The notes under the pieces were generated by a model. That model did no database searches. It had not been told where the DNA came from and saw only the letters and a list, made by a program, of their open reading frames with translations. This document shows positions 1-11,382 of a stretch of DNA of 64,000 bases, one piece after another (position 1 is the first letter of the stretch; every line of letters starts with the position of its first letter). The position numbers and the translations under genes were made by a program. The stretch is taken from the NCBI GenBank assembly GCA_964016885.1, contig OZ024744.1, positions 68,758,001 through 68,822,000 of the forward strand, in the 5' to 3' direction. The DNA comes from Eledone cirrhosa (taxonomy: Eukaryota).

Positions 1-2
1 TG

Positions 3-1150
3 ACCCACGTTCCACCGGCCATCGAAATTCCCTGGCTAATAGCGGCTGTCCTCGCCGGCATCGAAGCCAACACGAAAATAATAGCAGTAGCAAAAGAAAA
101 GCAGGAAAACTGGTCCGGATCTGGGATGGAGCTCCTGATCCAAGCGGAACAAAAAAGCATTGAGGAGATCCCAGAGGTAATAGACCTCACTGACGGCAGC
201 CACCTCACGGTAATTGTCGAGGGCAGAAGACCTAGGTGTGTCGTTTGTGGTGAAGGAACCCACCTAAGGGCTTTCTGCCCTCAGGCTAAAAGGTTGAGAC
301 CACCTCTCCTACCCACCCCAGTGACACAACCATCAACACCACCAGTAGCAGATATGGCAGCAAAAACTGTAGCAGCAACAACAGAAGCAACTATAACAGC
401 AACAACCCCAGCAACAGTAGCAAAACCAACACCACCACCACCCAACGCTTCAGAACTAGCACCAGCGCCTACAGCATCCACCACGCCACAACCAAAACTA
501 ACGGCTGTGGAGGATTTTCCACTCCCCGGCCTATCATAACTGGAGACAGATTGTGACGACGAGGAGTGGGAAACGATATCCGGAAAAAAAAAAGAAACCA
601 AAAAAGAAAAAATTCTCTTCCTTCCCCCTCCAAAAACAAAATACAGAGGGAAACAAATAAATTAAGAAACAAAAAAGTTAGGACAGATATGCCACCATCC
701 ACACCAGCATCACCAACCCCATCAACCCAAACACCAACACCATCACCATCATTAACCCCAACACCACCATCACCAACACCACAAAAGTCACCAAAATGCG
801 AAACAGAAACAAACCCACAACAAACGCAAACAAAACAAACCAACCAAAACGATACACACTACACAGCATTAAATTTGAACAACAAGCAATTATTACACTA
901 CATCCAACACAACACCAGCATCACAGAAAAAGACTACACAACAACCCCAAAATTCACACCACCTCCACACATACAAATCACTCGCATCACACAGAAAACG
1001 TACATGACACTAAAACAAAAATTCCCCAAAGACATCGGAGACTTCCGACAAGCACTCTCCAGGAGGATTTATAAGGACGTCCTTCCTCAGGAGGCCACAA
1101 GCAGTGAAAAGGATGGAAAAACCGTCCTTCCCCTACGAGAAGTAAGGTAA
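3..1150 (+). pseudogene. Disrupted ORF1 (gag-like, CCHC zinc knuckle) of copy A
   Basis: CVVCGEGTHLRAFC (CX2CX4HX4C). TAA at 537-539 where copy B has CAA. 1-nt shortening in the A-run at ~584-593. Ends LPLREVR* as in copy B. Confidence 0.88.
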
Positions 1151-1184
1151 GTGGTCTTTCCCATCTTTTCCACTCCTTTTCAAC

Positions 1185-3026
1185 ATGACCTCACTCAGAA
1201 TAGGCAGCATAAATGCGCGTGGCTTGGGGTCGTCATGGAAGCAGGGCCACCTGCTCAACGACCTCAGGTCACTAAACATAGATGTAGTGGCCATCAGCGA
1301 GACCAGAATCTCCGAAGCACAGGCTTTCGCACCGATCTTCGGCGGCTACGATGTGTACGCATCTCCCAGCCGTCCAGGATCGGGGGGAGGAGTTGCTGTG
1401 CTTTTTCGGAGAGGTTTGGATCTTGCCATACGGGCCATCTTCCTGGACCCAGAAGGTAAGTTGGTGGTGCTGGACGTGACCAGCGGAGACGGGCAAGCTT
1501 TCAGGTTAGTGGCCGTCTATGCCCCGACAGGAGCAGGGCGGCCTGATTTCTTCCGGCGTCTGGAGACCTTTCTTGGAACGTCCCGCTCTTTAGTGTTAGT
1601 GGGCGACTGGAACGGGATCTTAGATGCACGCTGGGATTGTGTGGGATTAGTGGATAGGGAAGGAGGGTGCAAGAGTCTCACCAACCTGCTCAGACGTTTT
1701 GAACTGTCTGACAGGTACCGAATGGATTTCCCGAATGTACCAATGTGGACTTGGACAAATCGCATAGGGTCATCCAGATCATATCTAGATAGAGTATTTT
1801 GTAGGGAAATAGATAGGTCTAGCATAGGCTGTCCACAATTCAAGATAGTCAGCTACACGGACGACAAATTCGTGATCTGTGTGCTTGACTTAGATAGGCT
1901 TCATAGACGAGGACCCGGCTACTGGAAGCTAAACGCGTCCTTACCAGCGCGCAAGGCCTACAGAGACCGGATTAGCGAACTAGTTAAGCGGGCGTTGACG
2001 GGGGCCATCGTCAACAACAAGTGGTGGTTTGCTCTGAAAAGAGCAATTAGAATAGAGTCCATTAGGTTTAGTAAGACTTTAGCAATAGAGAAAAATAGAG
2101 CAGAGGGAGAATTAGTTAGAAAATTAGATGAGGCGCTTAGCAAAGGCATCGCGACTGACGTACTTGCGGCGAAATTGGCCCTTGACCAATTCTTCAATGC
2201 AAAGCACGAAGGCTGCGTTGTCAGAGCTAGGGTGCGTGCTCTCAGACACGAGGGGACGAAAGCCGTTCAATGGGCCCGAGTGGCGGAGGCGCGTCGTGGC
2301 AACAAAGCCACGATCCGGTCTTTGGTGGACCACGACGGGCGCATGCTACTCGATCCCGGGCAAATGTGTGAAGCTTTTCAGCGACACTTCGCTCAACTGT
2401 TCGGGGGCAGTGGCGGGCCAGATCGAGGGATAGACTTTAGTGTCTACCTCGACGGACTGCCGCGGCTTTCGGCCACTGAAGCGGAGTGTTGCGAAAAGCC
2501 GATAACAACCGCTGAAGTACGGGATGCAATGACTAGTTGCACAAGGGGTAAATCGCCTGGTTTGGATGGTCTGCCCTATGAACTTTACGTACAAATGCCA
2601 AACTTGTTCGGAGGCCTCTTGGCGGACGTCTACTGCAACTGGCAACAGAACGGGAGAATTCCCAGCTCTGTGAGCCGAGGAGCGGTGGCGCTGCTGAGAA
2701 AGGATCCGAACAAGGGGGATAACATAGATAATTTTAGGCCCATAACTCTGCTAAACACAGAGTTCAAGATTTTGGCCAAGGTGCTAGCAAAGAGGTTGGC
2801 GCTTGTCGTTGGTGGTCTGGTGGGAGAGGCACAGACATGCACCATTCCCGACAGATCCATCCACGACAACCTCCACCTCATGCGATACATCGTAGAGAGG
2901 GTAGCTAGGGAACCTGGCACGGGTGGGTCTTTGATCAATTTAGATCAGTCGAAAGCCTTCGATAGGGTCGACCATCGTTACCTAGCGGCATTTGTACCGT
3001 CCTGTATTGTCCTGTACTGTCCTTAA
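1185..3026 (+). pseudogene. Truncated ORF2 (APE endonuclease + N-terminal RT) of copy A
   Basis: APE motifs SINARG, SETRI, VYAP, VGDWN, SYLDR. RT motifs KSPGLDG, FRPITLLN, DQSKAFDRV. Lacks QG/YxDD because of the deletion. APE terminal motif reads TDD rather than TDH. Confidence 0.92.
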
Positions 3027-3065
3027 TGTCTACTTTATGTAAACCCTTGTGGTTAATAAAGAAAA

Positions 3066-3066
<1 letters not shown>

Positions 3067-3111
<45 letters not shown>
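3067..3111. repeat. (ATT)15 microsatellite: tail/target between copies A and B
   Basis: Direct reading. Confidence 0.97.
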
Positions 3112-3320
3112 GGCGACCTACGTAGGAAATCGTATTATCGTGAGCTCCTCAAAGGTTTGTTATTTCCGTTTGTTTAAAAATTGCCATTTATGGAAAATTT
3201 TATTGTAAACTGTTTATAAGCACACATACATTGTTTTCCGAAAAGGACACCCAAAAAGATTGGGGCCTTGTGCCCAAAATTTTAACTTTTATTATTATCC
3301 AAAAATTTCTTTGAAAAAAA

Positions 3321-5307
3321 ATGGCTAATTCCCCTCTGCACGAAGCAGCTGAAAGCCTTCCTCACAAAATAACACCTCACACCGACACCACCATTGTAAA
3401 TGTTACTACGTTTGCCAACACAAAAAAAAATATAAGCAGTAGCAATATTTTAAATTTGTCTCAGGCAGACATTCATTTCCCGCCATTACAAATGACTGCA
3501 GGTGTTAAACCCTCCACCACCACCACCACCGCGACAACCACGACCACCACCACCACCGCGACAACAGAAACAAAAGAAGAAAAAAATAAATTAACTCGTG
3601 ACGTCGAAATGAAATCAAGCAAAATGGACTCTTCCCCACCAAAGACGACTGACGTCACCACCACCACAACTGAAAATAAAATTAATATTAACGATAGCAA
3701 CAACAACAACAATGACATTATAAAACCGACCCTCAGTTTCGCCATCGTAGCAAAACAATTCGAAGCGTTCACGGTAACTCAAGAAGATTTAGAAAATGCC
3801 AAACAAATGGTAAAGAAAGATGGGTACAGGGTCAGCCTCACCCCCCCCACCTAATAAAATGGAGCATCGGCGCCTGTGCACCGTGTCATATAGAACAATA
3901 AATGTAAAATCGCGCCGAGTGGAACGGGCATCCGAGTCCCAAATCCAAAAAGCTTTGGGACATGTGTGGGCAAGAAAAACCCACATCAGACGTGGGCAAA
4001 AGTATGGAACCGTGGATGTGTTCTTTGAAACACCAGAAGAGGCTAGAGAACACTCCATGGCCCCATTAAAAAGTGACGACCTCACACTCGTCCCAAGCTA
4101 TTGTGGCCAGAGACTCGTAAAGATCAGGGTGACCCACGTTCCACCGGCCATCGAAATTCCCTGGCTAATAGCGGCTGTCCTCGCCGGCATCGAAGCCAAC
4201 ACGAAAATAATAGCAGTAGCAAAAGAAAAGCAGGAAAACTGGTCCGGATCTGGGATGGAGCTCCTGATCCAAGCGGACCAAAAAAGCATTGAGGAGATCC
4301 CAGAGGTAATAGACCTCACTGACGGCAGCCACCTCACGGTAATTGTCGAGGGCAGAAGACCTAGGTGTGTCGTTTGTGGTGAAGGAACCCACCTAAGGGC
4401 TTTCTGCCCTCAGGCTAAAAGGTTGAGGCCACCTCTCCTACCCACCCCAGTGACACAACCATCAACACCACCAGTAGCAGAGATGGCAGCAAAAACTGTA
4501 GCAGCAACAACAGAAGCAACTATAACAGCAACAACCCCAGCAACAGTAGCAAAACCAACACCACTACCACCACCAGAAAAACCAACACCACCACCACCCA
4601 ACGCTTCAGAACTAGCACCAGCGCCTACACCATCCACCACACCACAACCAAAACTAACGGCTGTGGAGGATTTTCCACTCCCCGGCCTATCACAACTGGA
4701 GACAGATTGTGACGACGAGGAGTGGGAAACGATATCCGGAAAAAATAAAAGAAACCAAAAAAGAAAAAATTCTCTTCCTTCCCCCTCCAAAAACAAAATA
4801 CAGAGGGAAACAAATAAACTAAGAAACAAAAAAGTTAGGACAGATATGCCACCATCCACACCAGCATCAACAACCCCATCAACCCAAACACCAACACCAT
4901 CACCATCATTAACTCCAACACCACCATCACCTACACCACAAAAGTCACCAAAATGCGAAACAGAAACAAACCCACAACAAACGCAAACAAAACAAAACAA
5001 CCAAAACGATACACACTACACAGCATTAAATTTGAACAACAAGCAATTATTGCACTACATCCAACACAACACCAGCATCACAGAAAAAGACTACACAACA
5101 ACCCCAACATTCACACCACCTCCACACATACAAATCACTCGCATCACACAGAAAACGTACATGACACTAAAACAAAAATTCCCCAAAGACATCGGAGACT
5201 TCCGACAAGCACTCTCCAGGAGGATTTATAAGGACATCCTTCCTGAGGAGGCCACAAGCAGTGAAAAGGATGGAAAAACCGTCCTTCCCCTACGAGAAGT
5301 AAGGTAA
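3321..5307 (+). CDS. ORF1 gag-like nucleic-acid-binding protein, split by one extra C in the C8 run at 3841-3848
   Basis: Joining ORFs 3321-3854 and 3820-5307 gives RVSLTPPPNKMEHRRLCTVSY, colinear with copy C (RAICKAAKNFFETQEHCTVTY) and copy D. CCHC knuckle and Pro/Thr-rich linker present. Confidence 0.85.
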
Positions 5308-5341
5308 GTGGTCTTTCCCATCTTTTCCACTCCTTTTCAAC

Positions 5342-8300
5342 ATGACCTCACTCAGAATAGGCAGCATAAATGCGCGTGGCTTGGGGTCGTCATGGAAGCA
5401 GGGCCACCTGCTCAACGACCTCAGGTCACTAAACATAGATGTAGTGGCCATCAGCGAGACCAGAATCTCCGAAGCACAGGCTTTCGCACCGATCTTCGGC
5501 GGCTACGATGTGTACGCATCTCCCAGCCGTCCGGGATCGGGGGGAGGAGTTGCTGTGCTTTTTCGGAGAGGTTTGGATCTTGCCATACGGGCCATCTTCT
5601 TGGACCCAGAAGGTAAGTTGGTGGTGCTGGACGTGACCAGCGGAGACGGGCAAGCTTTCAGGTTAGTGGCCGTCTATGCCCCGACAGGAGCAGGGCGGCC
5701 TGATTTCTTCCGGCGTCTGGAGACCTTTCTTGGAACGTCCCGCTCTTTAGTGTTAGTGGGCGACTGGAACGGGATCTTAGATGCACGCTGGGATTGTGTG
5801 GGATTAGTGGATAGGGAAGGAGGGTGCAAGAGTCTCACCAACCTGCTCAGACGTTTTGAACTGTCTGACAGGTACCGAATGGATTTCCCGAATGTACCAA
5901 TGTGGACTTGGACAAATCGCATAGGGTCATCCAGATCATATCTAGATAGAGTATTTTGTAGGGAAATAGATAGGTCTAGCATAGGCTGTCCACAATTCAA
6001 GATAGTCAGCTACACGGACCACAAATTCGTGACCTGTGTGCTTGACTTAGATAGGCTTCATAGACAAGGACCCGGCTACTGGAAGCTAAACGCGTCCTTA
6101 CCAGCGCGCAAGGCCTACAGAGACCGGATTAGCGAACTAGTTAAGCGGGCGTTGACGGGGGCCATCGTCAACAACAAATGGTGGTTTGCTCTGAAAAGAG
6201 CAATTAGAATAGAGTCCATTAGGTTTAGTAAGACTTTAGCAATAGAGAAAAATAGAGCAGAGGGAGAATTAGTTAGAAAATTAGATGAGGCGCTTAGCAA
6301 AGGCATCGCGACCGACGTACTTGCGGCGAAATTGGCCCTTGACCAATTCTTCAATGCAAAGCACGAAGGCTGCGTTGTCAGAGCTAGGGTGCGTTTTCTC
6401 AGACACGAGAGGACGAAAGCCGTTCAATGGGCCCGAGTGGCGGAGGCGCGTCGTGGCAACAAAGCCACGATCCGGTCTTTGGTGGACCACGACGGGCGCA
6501 TGCTACTCGATCCCGGGCAAATGTGTGAAGCTTTTCAGCGACACTTCGCTCAACTGTTCGGGGGCAGTGGCGGGCCAGATCGAGGGATAGACTTTAGTGT
6601 CTACCTCGACGGACTGCCGCGGCTTTCGGCCACTGAAGCGGAGTGTTGCGAAAAGCCGATAACAACCGCTGAAGTACGGGATGCAATGACTAGTTGCACA
6701 AGGGGTAAATCGCCTGGTTTGGATGGTCTGCCCTATGAACTTTACGTACAAATGCCAAACTTGTTCGGAGGCCTCTTGGCGGACGTCTACTGCAACTGGC
6801 AACAGAACGGGAGAATTCCCAGCTCTGTGAGCCGAGGAGCGGTGGCGCTGCTGAGAAAGGATCCGAACAAGGGGGATAACATAGATAATTTTAGGCCCAT
6901 AACTCTGCTAAACACAGAGTTCAAGATTTTGGCCAAGGTGCTAGCAAAGAGGTTGGCGCTTGTCGTTGGTGGTCTGGTGGGAGAGGCACAGACATGCACC
7001 ATTCCCGACAGATCCATCCACGACAACCTCCACCTCATGCGATACATCGTAGAGAGGGTAGCTAGGGAACCTGGCACGGGTGGGTCTTTGATCAATTTAG
7101 ATCAGTCGAAAGCCTTCGATAGGGTCGACCATCGTTACCTAACGGCAGTCCTGAGGGCGGCTGGCTTTGGGCCCGTCTTCAGAGGCTGGATCGCTGCCAT
7201 GCACAGCGACATCTGCTCTGTAGTGAGAGTGAACGGTCACCTTTCGGAACCGTTCAACATCATGCGCTCGGTCCGCCAAGGATGTCCCCTCTCGTCCCTA
7301 TTGTACGTATTGACTCTCGAGCCATTACTGCACAAACTGGAGACGTTGAGGGGGGTCCCGCGCGAACTAGGATGCGGAAGATCCGTGTCAGCATATACCG
7401 ACGATGTCACCGTAGTGGTGTCGAACGCCAAACACATCGAGGCGATCTGTACTACACTAAGAGATTACGAAGCGGTGACTGGAGCAATGATCAACCAGGA
7501 AAAGTCAGTGGGCCTGCAGCTCGGCACCTGGAGAGGCAGGTCCATGCCGTCCAACAGCGTCGTCGGGCGCTGGACGGACGGACCGGTTAAATTGCTAGGG
7601 GTCTGGTTCGGTCCAGACCTCCAGACGGACAAAAACTGGGACGAGGTGACGAGCAGGGTGGCTTCTCTCACCCAGAAATGGGCCGAGAGGAAGCTATCCC
7701 TGAAAGGTCGAGCGGAGGTGGCGAATGCGTACATCGCATCCGTCATCTACTACCGCCTGACCGTCGTACCTTGTCCTAAGCCCCGCCTGACTGCGCTGGA
7801 GCGTTTGCTCTTTCGCTTCTTGTGGAAGGGACGCGCTCCGATGGTCAGGCGGTCCATCTGCTGTCAACACCCGCTACGTGGAGGGCTGGGCATGCCGTGG
7901 CTGATGATGCGCAGACATGCGCTCAGGCTACGACATCTCCACCTCTTCCTCGACGGTGATCAGGTGTGGTCGCCGTTTGCAAGACACGATTTTCCCCAGC
8001 TCTTCTCCTTGACGGAGCTGCAGTCCTGGGTCAAGCGAAGACCGAGAGGGAGCGCCTGGAGACTGGAATGTCTTCAGGCGCTCACAGCCCTCGACCAATC
8101 GGGCAATGTGATCGGTGGAAACTCCGCCTTGGCGTTCTATAGGGGATTAGTGGAGGGGAAGAGCGACGACGTACTTGGAGAAACTCTAGGCGTCGACGAA
8201 AATCAACTAGCCAATCTCTTCGGAAGGACTTTCGGGCCGGGGCCTATGGACAACTTCCAGAAATCCCTGGCCTGGCAGTGCTACCGAGGAGCTTTGCCAG

Positions 8301-8761
8301 TTCGGGATAAACTCTACAGGCATGGAGGTGCCGTCAGCCGGGCATGTCCGAGATGCGCGCAGGGCGACGAAACCGTCCTGTACGTACTCGTCCAGTGTCC
8401 GAGCATTGCTGACTTGTGGGTTTATGTCGAACACCTGCTGTCACGTGTAGGACGGATCCAGCTATCAGCTGAGTCCATCGTGAGGATTGCCCCGCCCCCT
8501 TCCTTTAGCCTGGAAGGGCAGGCAGTTTTTATCTGTCTGGTGGCCATGGCGAAAGAGATAGTATCGTGGACACGTTTGAAAGGGCTGAAGACGAGCCCTT
8601 ACCTCTTCGGTGATGCCCTGATTAACTTTTTCAAATTTCATTTGAAAAGGAAAATCAGGGTAGAGAGGGAAGTGCTCTCTTCCCAGCATTTTGTTGAAAG
8701 ATGGGTGAGAGAAGCAAGTATGGCCCGAATGAATGGGCCTTCTCTGAGTATGTGTCTGTAA
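5342..8761 (+). CDS. ORF2 polyprotein: APE endonuclease, reverse transcriptase, C-terminal zinc-finger region (1139 aa)
   Basis: APE motifs including YTDHKF. RT motifs RQGCPLS, AYTDDV, KLLGVWF. C-terminal CPRC...C with the His position read as Tyr. Confidence 0.96.
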   Translation: MTSLRIGSINARGLGSSWKQGHLLNDLRSLNIDVVAISETRISEAQAFAPIFGGYDVYASPSRPGSGGGVAVLFRRGLDLAIRAIFLDPEGKLVVLDVTSGDGQAFRLVAVYAPTGAGRPDFFRRLETFLGTSRSLVLVGDWNGILDARWDCVGLVDREGGCKSLTNLLRRFELSDRYRMDFPNVPMWTWTNRIGSSRSYLDRVFCREIDRSSIGCPQFKIVSYTDHKFVTCVLDLDRLHRQGPGYWKLNASLPARKAYRDRISELVKRALTGAIVNNKWWFALKRAIRIESIRFSKTLAIEKNRAEGELVRKLDEALSKGIATDVLAAKLALDQFFNAKHEGCVVRARVRFLRHERTKAVQWARVAEARRGNKATIRSLVDHDGRMLLDPGQMCEAFQRHFAQLFGGSGGPDRGIDFSVYLDGLPRLSATEAECCEKPITTAEVRDAMTSCTRGKSPGLDGLPYELYVQMPNLFGGLLADVYCNWQQNGRIPSSVSRGAVALLRKDPNKGDNIDNFRPITLLNTEFKILAKVLAKRLALVVGGLVGEAQTCTIPDRSIHDNLHLMRYIVERVAREPGTGGSLINLDQSKAFDRVDHRYLTAVLRAAGFGPVFRGWIAAMHSDICSVVRVNGHLSEPFNIMRSVRQGCPLSSLLYVLTLEPLLHKLETLRGVPRELGCGRSVSAYTDDVTVVVSNAKHIEAICTTLRDYEAVTGAMINQEKSVGLQLGTWRGRSMPSNSVVGRWTDGPVKLLGVWFGPDLQTDKNWDEVTSRVASLTQKWAERKLSLKGRAEVANAYIASVIYYRLTVVPCPKPRLTALERLLFRFLWKGRAPMVRRSICCQHPLRGGLGMPWLMMRRHALRLRHLHLFLDGDQVWSPFARHDFPQLFSLTELQSWVKRRPRGSAWRLECLQALTALDQSGNVIGGNSALAFYRGLVEGKSDDVLGETLGVDENQLANLFGRTFGPGPMDNFQKSLAWQCYRGALPVRDKLYRHGGAVSRACPRCAQGDETVLYVLVQCPSIADLWVYVEHLLSRVGRIQLSAESIVRIAPPPSFSLEGQAVFICLVAMAKEIVSWTRLKGLKTSPYLFGDALINFFKFHLKRKIRVEREVLSSQHFVERWVREASMARMNGPSLSMCL

Positions 8762-9003
8762 ATTAAAGGTGGAAAACTGGGAGAGGGCACTTGCCCTGGT
8801 GGTCAGGGCCACTGTGTTCTTTTAATGGGCTTTCTCCACAAATGTCCCTTGGAAGTCTCCCCCCTATTGGGGAATTTTTCTTTGTTATTTTATTTCAACC
8901 TCTGTTTTTTTACACGCAGAAATGCCCATTTGTACCGTCCTGTATTGTCCTGTACTGTCCTTAATGTCTACTTTATGTGAACCCTTGTGGTCAATAAAGA
9001 AAA

Positions 9004-9004
<1 letters not shown>

Positions 9005-9034
<30 letters not shown>
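9005..9034. repeat. (ATT)10 microsatellite between copies B and C
   Basis: Direct reading. Confidence 0.97.
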
Positions 9035-9249
9035 GAATGCCATGGTTGACGGAGGCTCGGCTCTGTAAGGTATAGTAATTTTTAACCGTTAAAACAATTG
9101 TAAATTGTTTAAAACTTGAACCAAATTGTTGATAAAGACACCCTCCTCCTCGTGAGAGGGGTCTTTCTGTCCGTTATTTGGCCCTTCGGGGTTAAATAAT
9201 CAGTTATTGGGGTTTTGTACCCAAAATTTCATTTTAAACAAAAAACAAC

Positions 9250-11347
9250 ATGGCTACGAAAAAGAAATTTCATACGTCACTCCCACTCATTCCGTCTTCT
9301 TCTTCCTCAATCATCACTACAGCAGAGAGAAGATTGTCTCTCTCCCTCCCTTCTTTAAATGTGTCTCTCTCCCTCCCTTCTCTTTCGCAAGTGACGAAAG
9401 AAAAGAAAAGTCTCGTGCAAAGCGTGCAAGGTTTCTCCACGACGACGACGACAGCGACGAAACAGGTGTGCGGGAAATACGAAAACCCAGTTCATTCGTC
9501 TGACGTCAGGAATAATAGCAGTAGCAGCCGTAATAACAACAGCAACAGTGACAATGAAAACAACAGTAGCAGCCGCAACAGCATCACCAGCAGCATAAAC
9601 AACAACAGCATTAGCAGCAGCAACACCAACAACAACCACAGCAACAGCGGCGGAGGCAGTAGTCGTAGTACCTGCAGCAACAACAAAAGTACCAGCAGCT
9701 CTGACGACAACAACAACAGCAGAGAAAAACCAATCTCATTTGCAGGTATTGCGAAAAACTTGGAAACAATCCTCATAACAAATGAGGAATTAGAGGAAGC
9801 GAAGAAGATGGTGACAAAGAACGGACACCGAGCAATCTGCAAGGCAGCGAAAAATTTTTTCGAAACCCAAGAGCACTGTACGGTCACGTACCGTACAGTA
9901 AGTACAAAATCCCGTAGGGTGGAAAGAGCCACAGAGGCCCAAATACAAAAAGCCTTGGGGTCTGTGTGGCAGAGGAAAACGCACATCACCCGAGGCAAAA
10001 AATACGCCACCGTAGACGTACTTTTTGCCACACCCCAGGAGGCAAAGGCCCAATCAGTAGTGACCCTAAGGAGCGAGGAAATGGTGTTGGTGCCCTCCTA
10101 CTGCGGGCAAAAAATTGTGAGGGTCAAACTGACCCACGTCCCCCCCCGGAATGACCCCTTCTTGGCTGGCCGCGTCTGTCCTCGTCGGAATCGAGGACAA
10201 AACAACTGTACTGCAAGTACAGAAAAAAGTAAGAGAAGATTGGGTCGGCTCCTCCATTGAGATGCTAATCCAAACCAACCAGGAGTGCATCGAAGCTATC
10301 CCGGATGTGATAGACTTCGATAACGGCACTCAACTGCCCATAAGTGTTGAGGGCAAACGCCCGAAATGCTTTCGCTGTGGATCGAAGACTCACCTCAGGG
10401 CCTTCTGCAACGAGAAGACCCTGAGAAAGGAGAAAACCCCCCTCCTTCCGAATCCGGCTCCACGGCTACCAGCAACAGGACAAGCGGCAACCAGGAACGA
10501 TAGGTCCGTGGCACCCATACCCACTCCACGGAAATCAAAGACAGCAGCAGCAGTGGAAATATTAACAACAACAACAGCAATACCAAATGCAGCTGCAACA
10601 GAGACTCCAGTGCAAACATCACCAACAACAACAAGTGAAAGAGTGGAGCTGGTACCCCTCCCCGACCTTACAGAATCAGACATGGAGTGTGAGGTGGGAG
10701 AGGGATGGCAAAAGGTCGCAAGAAGGCACAAACGCAGAAGCAGCGCATCGTCGCCTTTGAAAAGGGAGGAAAGAAATGAGAAAAGGGTAAAGTCTACTGC
10801 AAAGAGACCCACAGCAGCAACACCACCAACACCATCACCACCCACACCAGCACCACCATCACCACCGGCGACAACCCCACCGCCAACAACACCTTCAACA
10901 CCACCACCACAAGCACCAACATCGCAAACACAACAACAAAACACACACACCCAGCAACAACGACAAGAAAATAGTAGAACCACACCCCACCCCCAGAAAA
11001 ACAAATGCACGGCAATAAATACACACAACAAGAAACTAATGACTTACATAATTGAACACACAGACATTTCACAACAGGACTACATAATACCAGCACCAAT
11101 CAAAACGCCAACTAACATAAGACTGCTAAAAATAGCACAGAAACAATACACAAACATTAAAACGAAATTCCCCAACGCAGTTGGTGATTTCAGGGACCTA
11201 GGAGGAACCATCAATCGAAGAGTATACTCAGACATTCTCTTAGAAGAGCCGACGACCAGCCGAAGGGACGATTCAACGGTCCCTTCACCAGACGATCAAG
11301 TGAAAAGGGATGTAAAAACCATCCCTCCTCTACCAAAAGTACGGTAA
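9250..11347 (+). CDS. ORF1 gag-like protein of copy C, split by one extra C in the C8 run at 10140-10147
   Basis: ORFs 9250-10260 and 10151-11347 join as THVPPGMTPSWL, versus copy B THVPPAIEIPWL. CCHC knuckle CFRCGSKTHLRAFC. Confidence 0.85.
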
Positions 11348-11382
11348 GTGGTCTTTCCCATCTTTTCCACTCTATTTTAAAC

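Larger units (their letters stand above)
1..3066 (+). mobile_element. Tx1/L1-clade non-LTR retrotransposon copy A (5' end outside window; internally deleted)
   Basis: Near-identical to copy B from 4130 onward. ORF1 remnant, then ORF2 APE and part of RT. Jumps at 2990 directly into the 3'UTR. AATAAA at 3055-3060, then (ATT)n. Confidence 0.93.
3112..9004 (+). mobile_element. Tx1/L1-clade LINE copy B, apparently full length
   Basis: 5'UTR 3112-3320, ORF1, 34-nt spacer, 1139-aa ORF2, 3'UTR with AATAAA. (ATT)n on both sides. Confidence 0.94.

Noticed and set aside
2990-2991. Copy A deletion as a spliced-out intron
   Set aside because: The deleted segment starts with GT but ends in CA (or CC), not AG, in either placement of the microhomology.
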